DNA from: Oculina patagonica | Lineage: Eukaryota | Assembly: GCF_052425735.1 (NCBI RefSeq) | Contig: NC_135761.1 | Location: 24,118,001 to 24,182,000, forward strand | DNA: 64,000 nt | Reading direction: 5' to 3' | Shown: piece after piece, positions 39,601 to 52,528 of the stretch | How positions within the stretch are numbered: position 1 is the first letter of the stretch | How the letters are laid out: every line of letters starts with the position of its first letter | Notes under the pieces: model-generated | Database searches by the model: none | Told to the model about the DNA's origin: nothing | What the model saw: only the letters and a program-made list of their open reading frames with translations | Made by a program: the position numbers and the translations under genes

Positions 39601-41233
39601 TGTTAAGCTGCCATCTCCGTCAGGTGAAAATACTTCACAGATTCGCCGTCTGAAGGGATTTTCCTATAAAAGAAATTACAAAAGAACACAATTATGTAAT
39701 GAATACAGAATACAGATTATATTTGCTTCGATGAACGCTGCAGCGCTTTTCTGTAACTATGCTAAACCGAATTCATAGTAATAAAATTTAGCCGATAATA
39801 TAACACTCAATGCCTTAAAGCCAGTGCAGTGTACTAGTTTGGTAGAGCCTGTTGACCAGACGTTATGCTCGGTGAGGCTTACAGTTGGTAGTGAGACAAG
39901 GTATTTTTTTTTTTTAATCATTCCTTGAGAATAAAACCTCGTGTACTGAAAGCTCTTCTTTGACGCCTCCTTCAGTATTTCTCCGAAAAGATGCGTTCCT
40001 GCAACCCTAACGCAGCTGTAGGCCAATTTCGTGAAACCTGTGCCAAGCGCAGAAAAAGTCGCAAACCCAAGCCAACGAATAGCTTTAGCTTTATATCAAA
40101 ATGGTCATAGTAGAATAGATGAGTATTATTTAGGCAGTACTGGTTTTCCTTACTTTTAGCTCTGGAAGTTGTTGGAGGAACTTATACTTCAACTTTGGCT
40201 GAACTTCAAGTTCCGTGAAGTCATCGGGTATAAGTACTGTGTTTAAGTCTCTATATCTCTGATGAATCCTAAGGAAAAATAAATCAAACAGCTTCATTTT
40301 TAAAAAAAAGAAATTGAGTACACTTTGCCGACTTTGGTGTACGATAGCCCGCTGCAAACAAGAGAACGTAAACAAGGCGAGAATTTTTATGACTTTAGTT
40401 CATCTAGGACTATAATGGATATAAAATTATTGCTAATCTTGTGAAATTCAGTGCGATACCTCTCAAAATATACTGCTGAGGAAATTCAGTATTATACTTT
40501 TAAGCGTCGCCTTTAAAAGTTAACCCAATAGAAAGTACTGTCACTGTGGCTATTTAGAAAAAAAATAAGAAATAATCACTTATTAAAAGGAGAGTTTTGT
40601 TAAACCATAGTTAGTAACCTTGCAAAATAATGGCCAGAAATCTTAAACGATTTAAATGTGACTATTTCAAAGTAATTTTGTCGCTTCCTTTAGTAACAAA
40701 GTGTAGCTAACGGATCGTCGAAGAATAGACTAGTACCGCTCTACAAATTAAAATCATTGTTATTGTTTGTATTTCCAAATGATCTAGCTGTTGAGTACTT
40801 CTCAAAACTAACATTTCCTAAGATAGGTGAACGCGTCTTTAAAATTCATCTTTAAAGCTATACGTTTCTGCTGTTATATTTTGGCGTTTTACGTAATTGA
40901 AATGCACTGGACTGATACACGAAGAATGCTACACCACACTTTATAACGTGTTGCAAAAATTGTGTTTTTTTTTTATAAAAAATAATGTCGGTATCAAAAT
41001 TAAAATATAATGACAAGATAAATATACCGTAATATAGAGTTTAAATACCCACCTTAAAATATCAGCTCGATTAAAGTAAGTACAGTCCTGAACAGAAAAA
41101 CAGTAAACATCGATCAGTTATTAAAAATAACGGTAAAAGAAAATGTTTATATTTGAATGATACCAACGGTTTATGGAAAAACCTGATAGTCTTCGAGCTG
41201 ATCTTCCGTGAAAGCTGCTTGTTTGTTCCCCAT
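36602..41233 (-). CDS. CIB2: Calcium- and integrin-binding protein, CIB2/CIB3-like, 188 aa, 8 exons
   Basis: Exons 41183-41233 ([17 protein letters not shown]), 41053-41087, 40154-40268, 39559-39663 ([26 protein letters not shown]), 38904-38946 ([14 protein letters not shown]), 37854-37960 ([13 protein letters not shown]), 37372-37460 ([16 protein letters not shown]) and 36602-36623 (NFHIHI*). MG myristoylation motif and EF-hands present. CIB2 versus CIB3 orthology cannot be resolved. Confidence 0.93.
36736..36940. mobile_element. Young hAT-like MITE
   Basis: TIRs TAGCCTGCAGAACAGGCGGTTTATTTT and AAAATAAACCGCCTGTTCTGCAGGCTA; perfect 8-bp TSD CAATTAGA (36728-36735, 36941-36948). Confidence 0.9.
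39248..39394. mobile_element. Short palindromic repeat
   Basis: Inverted ends gcctagtacccaagcgttc and gaatgcctagggactaggc. Confidence 0.5.
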
Positions 41234-43149
41234 AGCAAAAAAGCCAAGTTTTTTGGGGAAAAGCAGTGAGATATTCTTGGTTTGCTTGAAAGATTGGCAA
41301 GATAGTTTTAGTTTTAAGAGCGGGTTTTCTTCGCCGAAGTGGATCGTAATGATTTAGTTTAAATCTGTGGCACCTGTTCTCCACCATTAAATAGAATGAA
41401 AACAAAACAAGCGACTGCATTGGTACTTCTATTAAAAAGAACATGTTTGCATTTGTTTTCTTGTTTTGAATACCCTTTATGCTTACAGCTTATAACGAGC
41501 CCTGATTTTACATGTATTCCTGCTGTTACAGACCTCATTTGTTAATAATTAATAACTGTTTAAAGAATTATTCCAATCCGTCATTGTTGAGATTAAATAT
41601 GTCTTGGAATAATTTGCACGCTACCGCTGTGAAAAGATATTTCTCCAGTTGGCCTAGTGGATTTTGTCTTAGTGAGTGCATGGTTGATGATTGCGTGACC
41701 TCTGGCGTGACATTTATATTTAATCGTGCGTCACGTAAAAGGAATCATGTAGGCAAAAAACCCCCATGGTACCATGGGTATGGGTGAGTTGACGGCGATT
41801 ACAGCAAAGGTCTGATAAAGTAGTGAGATCACAGCCCGCAAAAAACCGTAAAACGTCCGTTATCCTCACATCATTTTACGACTTACAAAAGAATCGGAAG
41901 AATCAAATGTCACTCTTATGACCCCTTGAAAGTTCCCTGCTTATTTCGTGTATACTACAGTAAACATGGAAAAGGTTTCTGTTTTACATACAGCGGAAAA
42001 GATAAAGTTCTTTCAGAAATATTTTTTAGTGGAAATGCGACTTCTGAAACGTCTCGTTTCCATTTTTCTCTCCGTTCGACGAATTTTCGTTGGTAGCAGC
42101 AGGGAGGGGTGCGTAGGAACCAAAGCTGTCACGTGGACCGGCTGAAGTATTAAAACGAAACAGAAATCTTTCGAAACCTTGATCAACCATGTTTCTTCTG
42201 GTGAGATCCTGATCGGCGGAGCTGGGGTAAGGATTTTCGGTTGAATTTAGCAATTGACTTCTATTAAGTGATTGATTTTAATAATGCTTACGTCTAAAAC
42301 AAAGTTTGTGTGCGACATTGCGGTTTGACTAGAAATTCAGACATGCACGCGGCTCAGGCATGACAGATTTCAGTGCTTTTTGCGCCCAATATATGGATAA
42401 ATTATTTAGATTTCTAACACGCTAATGCATAGGTTTAGTAGCGCTAAAAAGAAGCCTAATATCCAGTACTGGTAGCTCGTGACATTAGAAGATTGATTAA
42501 TCGTAGTTTGTGTGTAAATGAATGAACCCCAGAGGGGTGGTGTGGGGTATCGGACTGGGGAGCACTCTGTCCAGCATCCCCACTGGTCTCAGTGCTCGTC
42601 AGTGGGCAGAAACTTGTAAGGCGGATAAAGTGTGTGTCCAGGCAGAATGTCCTTTACTGCTGGAACTATCCTTGTTTCCATCAGTAGAAGTATCTCTACT
42701 CCCCCTCCCCCTGGATGGGATGCTAGTTCCTTGCAGGGTTACCACCCAGCATTAAATTTTCTGAAAAATTCCCCCGTTATGGTTCTGATAAAATACCGTA
42801 CATTATAACAATGGCTTAAATTCTTGTGTCTTGTCTATGTGAATGTAAAGTAATTATAATAGGTAAATGCCCCGTTAAATACTACTGAAAAATCAAAGAG
42901 TTCAAATACCATAAAAGCTTTGTTACCCCCCCTCTAATAAGCCAAGCCTCCCGTTTGGAAGTAAAATTCCCCCCCCCCCACCTCTCTCTATAATGTAGAT
43001 GGTAAATCATGACAATTTATGAACAAGAAAACAAAGCAACTTTTCGCTTATAAACCTTTAGTTTAGCGAAAATGTTTGTGAAAATATGTCAACAAACAGC
43101 ACTAATATATCATTTGAAATAAGCCCCCACACTACTTTCTACTTTCTTT

Positions 43150-43758
43150 CACTACTTGACTCCTGAACCGGCCTAAACCGGCCGCAAAGGACGGGGCATT
43201 TGTCCCGCTTGTGACGTCATCACCTTTCACCCAGAAAGGCCACATCTATGCTCAAATTCTGAAGCAGAAGAAGACCTTTACAATGATACCTAAACCAGCG
43301 CGATTAGATTAATGGAGCTTGAAATATGCACTACAACGAAAAAATCAGAGGAAAATTGCCTCTTTCCACCCCTTTGCTTGTCCACGGTAAGTAGTTCTTG
43401 CCTCGTTTGCGCTTTCGCGGAAATTCTTCTACTAAAAAGAAGCCTGCTAGAAGGCCAAACACTGCAGCAAAAAGAAAGGAAGAAGATAAAAAGGAAAAGC
43501 GAAAAAAAAAACAAAAAACGAAAAGCCTAAAGTGGTAGGATGGTTTATCGTCCAAAAACTGTCAAAATTTTGATTTGTGCGCGTGCACGAGCTAAAAAGT
43601 TGTGAAACGTGATTCTGGTGAGAAATAAGGATGCATTTTTGTGTTTCGAGGGCCGTTTTGAGGGTTTTGGAGCTATTTTAGCTTATAATAGACCTTAAAA
43701 GGTCAAAACGTCTAAAAAATGCGTTATTTTGGAAAATCTCCAGGAGCCAAAGGGTTAA
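43150..43758. mobile_element. piggyBac-like MITE remnant
   Basis: Right end caggagccaaaggg|TTAA; left end degenerate cttgactcctga. Confidence 0.5.
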
Positions 43759-44403
43759 TAAGCCCCCCTCTCTAATTAATTAAGCCCCTCTTCAAAAGGG
43801 CTTTAAAAAAAAGAAATACCTCCTCCCCTCTGGGAGGGAAACTTATGGTAAATGTAACAAATAGTGAAGTTCAAGTAGTCTCTAAAGTACAGTATATATA
43901 TATATTACCCATAGACTGTGATTGCTTTCGTTTAAAATGTAGCATTGAGATAGAGGATTCAAGGGCAGCACTTAGTTCATTCTTTAGTTGATAATTATTA
44001 TCTAGAGATGTAGGAAAACTGCAATCTGTTTGAGTTAGCAAGGAGTTTGAGATAACCACGGTCAAGATATCAATAGTGAAGTTATTTTTATAGTAACTGA
44101 GAGAAAGAATACAACCAAATCTGAGGTAAAAATTTGACTTTTTGTCTGAGATAGCAAGAAGTTTGAGATACGCAAGAGATATCAGGGTTCTACTCTAACA
44201 TAAACAATTAAACTCTGTGTCTAAAAATTAAATTGATTTGAACCCACCTAGAGCTGGAACAGCAAATTTATGGTACAAGTTGTTACAAGATATGGAAATA
44301 ATTCTGGCACTTATAACCTTAGTTGTGCTTCTTATTTCTAATGTTTGAAAAGATTTTTCTTATGGACATTTGGCAAGATGCTAAAACTTTTATATGTATA
44401 ATA

Positions 44404-44722
44404 TACTGTAAAATTCTGGTTATAACCTGCCCCGCTTATAAGCCCCCTTGGGTATGGGCCCATCTACATGTACCTGGAAACATAAAAAGTACATCCGGTT
44501 ATAAGCCCCCAGATATAAACCCCCGCTCTGTGGATGACAGTACTTAATGGGCTAAATGAAATGCTTAATATTATGGTTTTTTTTTTACTTTTTAACCTAA
44601 CTTATTTAAGCCCCCCCCCCCCCCCCCCCCTCGGATATCAGCCCATTTGTTTATAAGCCCACCCTAACCCCCTTACAAAGTTGTATAAGCCCAGGGCTTA
44701 TAACCAGAAATGTATATATGGT
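44404..44722. mobile_element. MITE with ATAAGCCC subterminal repeats
   Basis: ttctggttataa...ttataaccagaa inverted ends and many ataagccc motifs. Confidence 0.6.
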
Positions 44723-46431
44723 AATCATTTTAGTACCTGGCTTGATTATAGTGAAAACCATTTTAAATTTCATTCCTGTTTTGTAGGAATGCTCAGACTA
44801 CAAATGTGGCTGATCATGGACTGACATCAGCTTCACTTGAAGAATTTAAACACATTACTGATGAAAAAGCAATTTCAGGTAATTCGTATGTACAAGAAAT
44901 CAGAACTACCAGTATGTAAAAATTTCTACTGAAGGAATAGTTTTTATCAAAATTTGGACATGTAATTTTTTCTATTATATTCTTTAATCATATGTTGATG
45001 CGAATCATATTAGAACTAAAGACAAATGTTGGGTGGTGACTATTTATATATGTAGCTGCATGAAGCATAATTGCAAGAAAAGCTCCCTCCTCCAATTTCA
45101 AGACTTTTCAGTTTGTAACTTTCATTTATTTTCCCAGTGCAACATTTGAAGCAGGGTATGGGACACTTGCAGTATTTTAAGAAACAGCTTGTTTACCATC
45201 ATCATCATTATCATTTGTTGTTATTGCACCATGGGTCGAATAAGGCCTTAAACAGCATGTCTAAAGTCCCTCACAGATATAATGCTTATGGCTGTTAATG
45301 ACAAACCTCCCCCCCCCCTCCTCTGCTGCCAATTTCAAAGAAGGTTTTGATAAACTTGGAGAACTTTTTTAACTAATGGGGTGAGAAAGCAGGACTGATA
45401 TATTTTCATCGATTAAATTGGGGTCCTATGTTCTTCAAGAGATTACTGAGATAAGAACTCAGGAAGAAATATAATGATAACAACACCGTATTACGATAAC
45501 TATAACAACAGTGCTTTTATTTTAACATACAAATTTTTATACAATATATATCGACACAAATACCAATGAATCCCAGTAATGTTTCTTCACTACAATGTAA
45601 TGAAGGAACCAAAATCTGACTGTCAATATATAGCAGCCTTTTGATTTTGTTGAGACATTTTCCTAACATATTTACAGTTTGTTATATTTAACACTATTAC
45701 TAACAAAAACTGCCACGTGGGTCAGGGTACTGCAAAAAACTTCCCCTATATTCTCCCAATAATTTACATTGGCATAAGGTTTTTACCGTAACAAAGTTTT
45801 TTTGGGGTTGAATTGCACAATTTTACATTTTTGTTTGTTTGTTTTTAATTTTTTTTTTGTTTTTGAGAAAAAAATATTTTGATTTTTTTCAATAATTGTG
45901 TTTTGTTGTTTTTCTTTGAATTTCCTTTTTTTTCCTGTTTTTGGTTTTTGTATTTCCATCGTTAAAATACGCGGTGTAACCGAAACGGATTGTACAAAAA
46001 AGAATTGTTTACATGTAGGAGCAGGTCGTAGGAGCATATTGAATGGTCCTTTACAAACATGTGATTGAAATTTCGCCCGCTTTGTCAGCGGTTTACCACA
46101 ACATAAACAAGAATAACTCATTACGTCACGCAACGTACCGAAACGTTTCGCGACGTCGGCAGTTTGAGCCGGAGAGCAAAAACACCTGTAAAACGACGAG
46201 CTAAAATGCCGATAATGGCTAGTAAAATCTCCAAAACAACAACTAGCATGTTACTTACACTAAGTTACTCATTCTGAGCTAAAGATCGCGATGGCGAGGC
46301 CAAGTTCGTCGCGTGTGAGCGAAGTTACAACTTGTCGATTTCACGTCGAGCACTTGTACATGTACAATGTAGTTTTTTCATTCTAGTTTTTCGAAGAGCA
46401 AATCCTTTCCTCGCGGAAAGATAAGTCTAGT

Positions 46432-47100
46432 TCACTTCTCCAAGGGGCTGATCTTCAGAACTCTCCCTGGCAGCTTGGACACTTGGGATAACAGGCTAAC
46501 GTACTTTCCCTTGAAGAAATCTCGTTCCCGCGAGGTGGCAGCCAGCTGTCGTTGCAGTTGTTCCAGCTCTTTCACTAAATTATCCCTTGTAACTTCAAGA
46601 CTGTTCTTATTTTCGATTCTTCGCATTCTGGAATGCTGTGCATAGCCTCTATTTTTCAATGTTCTTCGTCGTTGCTTCACTCGTGCGATCTCTTCTTTTG
46701 ACAGCCCTCTGAGTTTTAGGAGGCTGTTGATCTCTTTAACACCGAGCTCTCGCAGCTCTTTGTCGGTAAACAGAGCTTCTTTGGCACTCATTTCTTGGGG
46801 GAAAAAGTATCCGGTGCTTGTGGAGCTGCTTTCGGAAGGAGATGGGCTCGTGTTTGATCGCTCTGAAGCTTTATCGTCTTCATAGAGTTGTTGCGGCGGG
46901 AAAGTCTCGCTGAGCCATGCGGGCATTCCGTTGAGGTCCAGGGTTGATTCTGGAACACTTTGCGCGCTTTCTTCTTTTTCCTCTGAGGGAAACCAGAGAT
47001 TAGGGACAGGTCTGTCATATATCAATGTTAGCGACGAAGGGATCGTGATCACTAAAGGTGGATTAGAGGTCTCGTTGTTGCTAATGTTTGTGGGCATCAT
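46432..47100 (-). CDS. MAF: Maf-family bZIP transcription factor (large-Maf-like), intronless, 222 aa
   Basis: Extended homology region [43 protein letters not shown] followed by a leucine zipper; S/P/E-rich N-terminus. Confidence 0.92.
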   Translation of the reverse strand: MMPTNISNNETSNPPLVITIPSSLTLIYDRPVPNLWFPSEEKEESAQSVPESTLDLNGMPAWLSETFPPQQLYEDDKASERSNTSPSPSESSSTSTGYFFPQEMSAKEALFTDKELRELGVKEINSLLKLRGLSKEEIARVKQRRRTLKNRGYAQHSRMRRIENKNSLEVTRDNLVKELEQLQRQLAATSRERDFFKGKYVSLLSQVSKLPGRVLKISPLEK

Positions 47101-47328
47101 CTTGAAGATATTTTTACTATCAACTAGTGATGAGCGACTCCAAATGAAAAATCACAGTACAAATCAGCTCCTCTGGCGTGGTGAAGACACACAGAACTTG
47201 AATCGGCTTGGAAGCTTTCAAATAAGACTTTGAGATTAAGCAGCGAAGATGCTTTTCACAAATGACAATCGAAGACTCGATCACAACACGTGTATTCAGT
47301 TCGATGGATGGCGAGAAATGGGGAGCTC

Positions 47329-47732
47329 TTTTTATATGTGACCGGTTTAAACCAGCGCAAGAGCCAACAAGGATTGCACCACGAAAGCACCAAATTTTAT
47401 TTATGGTATGATGTAATGTTGCTAAAAACGATCCTATTGTTATTCGACCAATCACACGAGAGAACGTCGGGCATGTCCGGGCAGTCACCAAGCAACGTCT
47501 GACTTCGATGACGAACGGGGAATCCCCTAGCACGGCGTTTCGTGACAGGTTTTTGACAAGCCGGCAAAGCGCTTTAAAAACGTTTGAATTATGCGGAATT
47601 TTCTTCAATCGTTTCGTCTGTATGATCCAGAAATTTAGCATTACTTCTGGGCCGAAAATAGCTATGCAGGCCCTTGAATTCTTGTTTCTTCGGCAGCGTT
47701 TGAAACGCGCTATTACGTTCAAGTGATGCAAC
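47329..47732 (-). promoter_or_regulatory. Maf proximal promoter: TATA, CCAAT, NF-kB and C/EBP-ATF-like sites
   Basis: TATAAAAA on minus strand (47329-47336); TGATGTAAT (47409); CCAAT (47448); GGGGAATCCC (47517-47526); TGATGCAAC (47724). Confidence 0.55.
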
Positions 47733-49844
47733 CTGCATTAATTTTATTCAATGAAGTTTATTCAACAAATTTGCCCGCTCGGAAATAAGCCCATCAACAA
47801 CGACGTAATAGTTATAAGAAAGCCCTGTAAATTATGTTAATTTAAAGCGAAGGAGATACGGTATTTTTTGAAATTCTTGCCGATCAGCGCGTTCGATTTA
47901 ATAATTCAAAGCAAAGTCGTGTAATTTGTTTTTGTGATCAATCGAGCGTATAAAGTTGACACGTCACCATAAATGTCGTGTAGCATTACAACTCCTCGGT
48001 TAAAAACATTGCTATACCCTCTAATTGATTTTTCAATTGTCAATCTTCTCTGTTCTTTGACGAAAAGTTTAAATATAGACATGACTTGTTATTACCATAT
48101 AAATTCATTTAACAGAAAATCCATTAGGGGTATGCAAATGTAAAGCGCTCTGTTAGCGATCAAACTCCGTTATAAAACATGTACCAAAAGCAAAATATAC
48201 GAAACAACCGTTTTCTATTTTTTTGTCCTTCAGTATTTTTTTAATTTAAATCTGCGCGTTCTAAAAACTGATTACTGTAAACGAGAGACTTAGTTCACCT
48301 GTATGCTAATGTAATTTCAATTTCATGACACTGTTAATGAAATTATTTCGTCACTTCCCGATTTAGTAAATCGAATTTGTGATTTACCAGGAGCATGGAA
48401 AAATTAAGGTTTTTCAAAGGAGAAAATATTTAGGACGGGAACTTACTTATTCGTTTTCTTTTCAGTTTAATGCTACGACCATTGCCTTTAATATTGTTTT
48501 CCACTGGTAGTATTTACAAAGCATTTGTAACGCTTTGACTGTCAAGAACAATTGAATGATGACATGACAAAATTTAGAAAATAACTGTGGATTCAGTTTT
48601 TACCCAAAAAGGATACGATTTAAGCCCGTTTGTGTAGAAGGGGAGAAAACAATGCGGCTAACGCTATGCGTACACAGACCGCGTGGCGAGTGAGAAGGGT
48701 AGAGGGGTCAAAGAACCGGTTTACATCGATTATCAACTTATCTCGGAGCCAAAACCATGTTGAATGAAAGTCAATATATATAAATGAGGGGCTGGAGTTT
48801 CCAAATACACTCAAAAAAGAATTGAAGTAAGGTTACACAGCATTTGATTACGATGAAAAGCTGAGTTGTATCGCTCTAAAAGGTCTCTAAAGTCACGCTC
48901 GTAAACGCCGGCACGCGACGCTTATAACGTAAAAGACAGGAGAAGTCAATATAAGTTGAATGCAGTATTTTTGGAAGGCGAATCGGCGAAAAAAGAATTC
49001 TCGCGTCTTGGGAAAAACCTCCCTGGGCTGTGATCGTAATGAACTCGTAAAATTGACGGCAAAAATGCGCCCACCGAGGTGGTCATGAATCATGAATATG
49101 AGTGCTGTGATCTTTGAATGAACATTTTCCACGTGGGTTCGTGATGTCGATTTGTCGTCCCATTATTCAGCCGAAAGGCGCGCGAAAAGCCTCAAGTGGA
49201 GGCCGCTCATGGTTTTCATTAAGACTAGTGTATCCTTAATTAAAATGCTTCAAGATACAAGAGAGAATATCATCGATCTTGACTGATATCAAGGCTATGA
49301 ATTTATTTAGTGCAAAAACATTATTTTTGAATTGAGTTTATTCAAAATTTGCCCAGCTTTGCCCGATGCTGCCTGTTTTGTTTATTCTGCGTCATCGTGT
49401 TATTTAAGCACCAGTCTCCTTGCAACACGGTACCCTGGTAACGAGGCTGAACTTGAGCAATTAGAAATATCACATAACGCCGTTTTGCGTCAGTGATCTA
49501 AATTTGGACTCAATGCTGTGTGAATTCAGTGAGCCTATATAAGTAGTTATATATATTAAAAAAATTCTGCCTTGGCTCCGAGGCTAATGGGAATAGAACA
49601 ACACCAAAAATGTTTATTTAAATATCTCTCAACCGCAATGTTATTTGTTTATTTTATTCTCTTAGTTTCAGAGCCAAGTTAGATTTGTATAGTAGTCTAT
49701 CGTAATTATATAGGGCATGTAAGCTGTCAATTGGATGGATTATGTTCAGATATTCCATTTTTTAAGGGGCACTGCCATGATTTGGGGAAGCTTAAAAAAC
49801 ATACCTGCGTTCGAGGGGTGGGGGGGGGGGGGGGGGGGGGGCAT

Positions 49845-50130
49845 CAAGCCGGCGCATTTTCCGGTTTCCCAAGCACTCAGTGACGAGGAGTATTTCTACT
49901 TCTCCCTACATGGGAATGTCCATTGAAGGATTACTTCCAGCATTAAATTCACCCATAGTCCTCTACTAACTATGATTCGCCGGTGCTCATTTATACTGTT
50001 ACACCTGGGTGGAGAGAGGCACTATGCGAGTTAAGTGTCTTGCCCAAAACAGAAAGCAGTGACCCCCGACCTGGGCTCAAACCAGGACCGCTCGATCTGG
50101 AGTTCAGCGCGCTAACCACAAGGCCACTGC
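49845..50130 (-). mobile_element. tRNA-derived SINE copy
   Basis: cacctgggtggagagaggcact...gagttaagtgtcttgccc...gcgcgctaacca, matching 24851-25152. Confidence 0.8.
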
Positions 50131-50616
50131 AGCTTATATGCGTTATACATGTATGGCCCTGAAAAAACTTTTCGATTTTGTGCAAAAAAATTCAACGAGG
50201 ACAGACACTCGTTAGAAAGTGAGGATGTCTGAAGATGGCTAGCATAAAAAAGATTACAATATGGACAAATCTTTAAAATATTGTGACCAACTTAAAAATT
50301 CACTTTTTAAAGCCGTGTTTGGTTCTGTTCTTTTGAACATTTGCAAAAGTGACTTGTTGAATTGTCATTTTTGTTTTTTATTTCCCTAAAAAACCTTTCA
50401 GACGTTCAATGATCTGAAACGTGATCGAGCTACACACGATAGATATTGCTTCAGGTTTTTCAACAGCAAAGTAAAATATCCCTTTTGTGTTGGCAATAAA
50501 CAGGCCTGTTGTATTGGATTAGCTTACAATGCACTCAGGAAACGATATTGCCCGAGTTCTTATAGATGTGAGAAAATTTCGCGTGAATTAAAGTGTTTTT
50601 GACGCCCGTGAAGGTC

Positions 50617-51666
50617 ATGTCTTCGAACACTGTTCCTTCATTTCCAATCGGCCAGGTTATCGTCGTTGAAGGAATCGAGCTCGAGATACAAAGACAACTT
50701 GGTAGTGGTGCTTTTGGCGTTGTATTCAAGGCAAGAGACCTGCTCGCTAGCGACAACGTTTTTTACGCTTTGAAAGATGTTGTGTGTCTGAATTCGTCGT
50801 CCATTGGCAAGGCAATCAGCGAAGTTGAAACTCTTCGTCGGGTGAATCACGACTTTATAGTTAAAATCATCGCGGCTGATCAGTTTGAAGACTCACGTGG
50901 GGGATTTCACGTGCTGATTTTGACTGAATACTGCTCGGGTGGTACACTGAACGATAGGTTATCGCAACCGAGTAGCGAGGAGAAAACCCTTAAATGGTTG
51001 AGCCAAATGGCAAGTGCTTTGAGCTATCTACACTCGCGCCAAATCGTTCACCGTGATTTAAAACCAGACAACGTCTTGCTCAGCGATTCCACGAGCGAGG
51101 ACTTGAAGCTTGGCGATTTTGGCTTGGCAAGAGAGTTTATGGCGTTGAAAAGGGTGGATTCAAACTGTTCAAGAATCGGTTTAGCTCAGTACTACATGCG
51201 TTCGGGGACAGGCCCTGCTCATTGGATGGCCCCAGAGGTCTTCACTTGCCGCTATACAGAAAAAGCCGACGTTTTTTCTTTGGGGGTGTTATTCAACGCG
51301 ATTCTTGTACGAGACTTTGCTTTCTCTGGCAACGAGAAGCGATGGTATGGCGCATTTGTGAAAGTCTCAGGGCAGGTTAAAATTGGCCTTGGTTACGCCA
51401 TGGCGGTACTCGGCCCTGCTGCCATGACGGAGTTTACTCACGATTATCTGCTGAACGAGGAGAATGGATTCCGAAGTTTGATCTTAGATACTTTGAATTA
51501 TGTCCCACACGAAAGGCCAAGAGCGGAGGAAATCTACTACAGATTAGAGGAGATTGCTACTAGTATTCGCCTTCAATGGTCAGGCGAAGAAAATCTTCAC
51601 GCTAGGCGCACAAAGAGGGAAAAAAAGCGCCGGTCAAGAATTAGAAACAAGTGTTCTATTGCCTAG
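50617..51666 (+). CDS. Protein kinase K1, PDIK1L/STK35-like, intronless, 349 aa, with polybasic + CaaX tail
   Basis: GSGAFG, ALK, HRDLKPDN, DFG, WMAPE, YTEKADVFSLG; ends RRTKREKKRRSRIRNKCSIA*. First ATG at 50617. Confidence 0.92.
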   Translation: MSSNTVPSFPIGQVIVVEGIELEIQRQLGSGAFGVVFKARDLLASDNVFYALKDVVCLNSSSIGKAISEVETLRRVNHDFIVKIIAADQFEDSRGGFHVLILTEYCSGGTLNDRLSQPSSEEKTLKWLSQMASALSYLHSRQIVHRDLKPDNVLLSDSTSEDLKLGDFGLAREFMALKRVDSNCSRIGLAQYYMRSGTGPAHWMAPEVFTCRYTEKADVFSLGVLFNAILVRDFAFSGNEKRWYGAFVKVSGQVKIGLGYAMAVLGPAAMTEFTHDYLLNEENGFRSLILDTLNYVPHERPRAEEIYYRLEEIATSIRLQWSGEENLHARRTKREKKRRSRIRNKCSIA

Positions 51667-52528
51667 ACAGTTTGAAGTTTTTAAATCAAATGAACCGCAG
51701 ATTAAAGGGCGAGCCAATATAACCAATTGCAAACACAGTCGCCTGCATGTATATAATTTTTTATCTGCGGTTATTGCCAACAATACTAAGATTTACTGTT
51801 GTATAGCTTTTTATTATCAATTATAATTGTACAATTCCCGTCTAAGTTCTAATATACTTGATTACACATGCCGAATTGTTTTCAAATCAAAGGAAATGTA
51901 AAAAATATTGGTTTAAAATTTTCTATAACCGGAAGAGTAATATTGAAAGCTTTATAGCAAGCGTGGATATCTGTATCTTTTGAGGAAGATTTTAAAAACA
52001 AATTGCAAAGTAAACCCCGAGCTTGATTTCATTGGAGAGGACAGAGTATTTGAAAGAACGGTGACAGTTCTTGGGTAAAGGTATGGCGTAGTATTCCCCG
52101 TTTGGCGTTAGTCGGCGGCAAGCATTGTCGGTTTGTGGGAAGGCCAGAGACAATATGTCGGGTGGGTGTATGTAAGGCTAAACTGGGAGAACATTAGTAT
52201 GAGAGTGCAACAGTGAAAACGCAACTATATTGCCATTTAGTTTCGTGAGGGTTTGTTTAATCGTTACTTTCGAGTCGTTACTTAAAGATGTACGCAAATT
52301 TAAGGTCGGATACTTCCTTAGAATGAAAAAGTACTAAATACATACAGGTAGTTTAGCACAATACAAATGTATTGTAGAGTCATTATATATTGCATGTGGT
52401 AAAAATATTCGCAGTTAAATTTTAACCAGTCTTTCCTACAAGTTTTTCGGTTGGTACAATCAAAACTTTGTGTGTGGTTTATGGACATTTTTTGAATTTA
52501 TGGTGATTATTCTGCTACTTACAACCAT

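Larger units (their letters stand above)
41599..45298 (+). other. Possible spliced transcript divergent from CIB (orphan ORF or lncRNA)
   Basis: Donor GG|GTGAGT at 41783, internal exon 44787-44878 and acceptor at 45138 are all phase-compatible, with a stop at 45298. The peptide has no recognisable domain. Confidence 0.3.

Noticed and set aside
31281-47100. Functional link between MAF1 and Maf
   Set aside because: Name coincidence only; the proteins are unrelated.
47120-47731. 203-aa ORF upstream of Maf
   Set aside because: Non-ATG start, no domain, and it overlies the Maf TATA box and 5' UTR; most likely a chance ORF.
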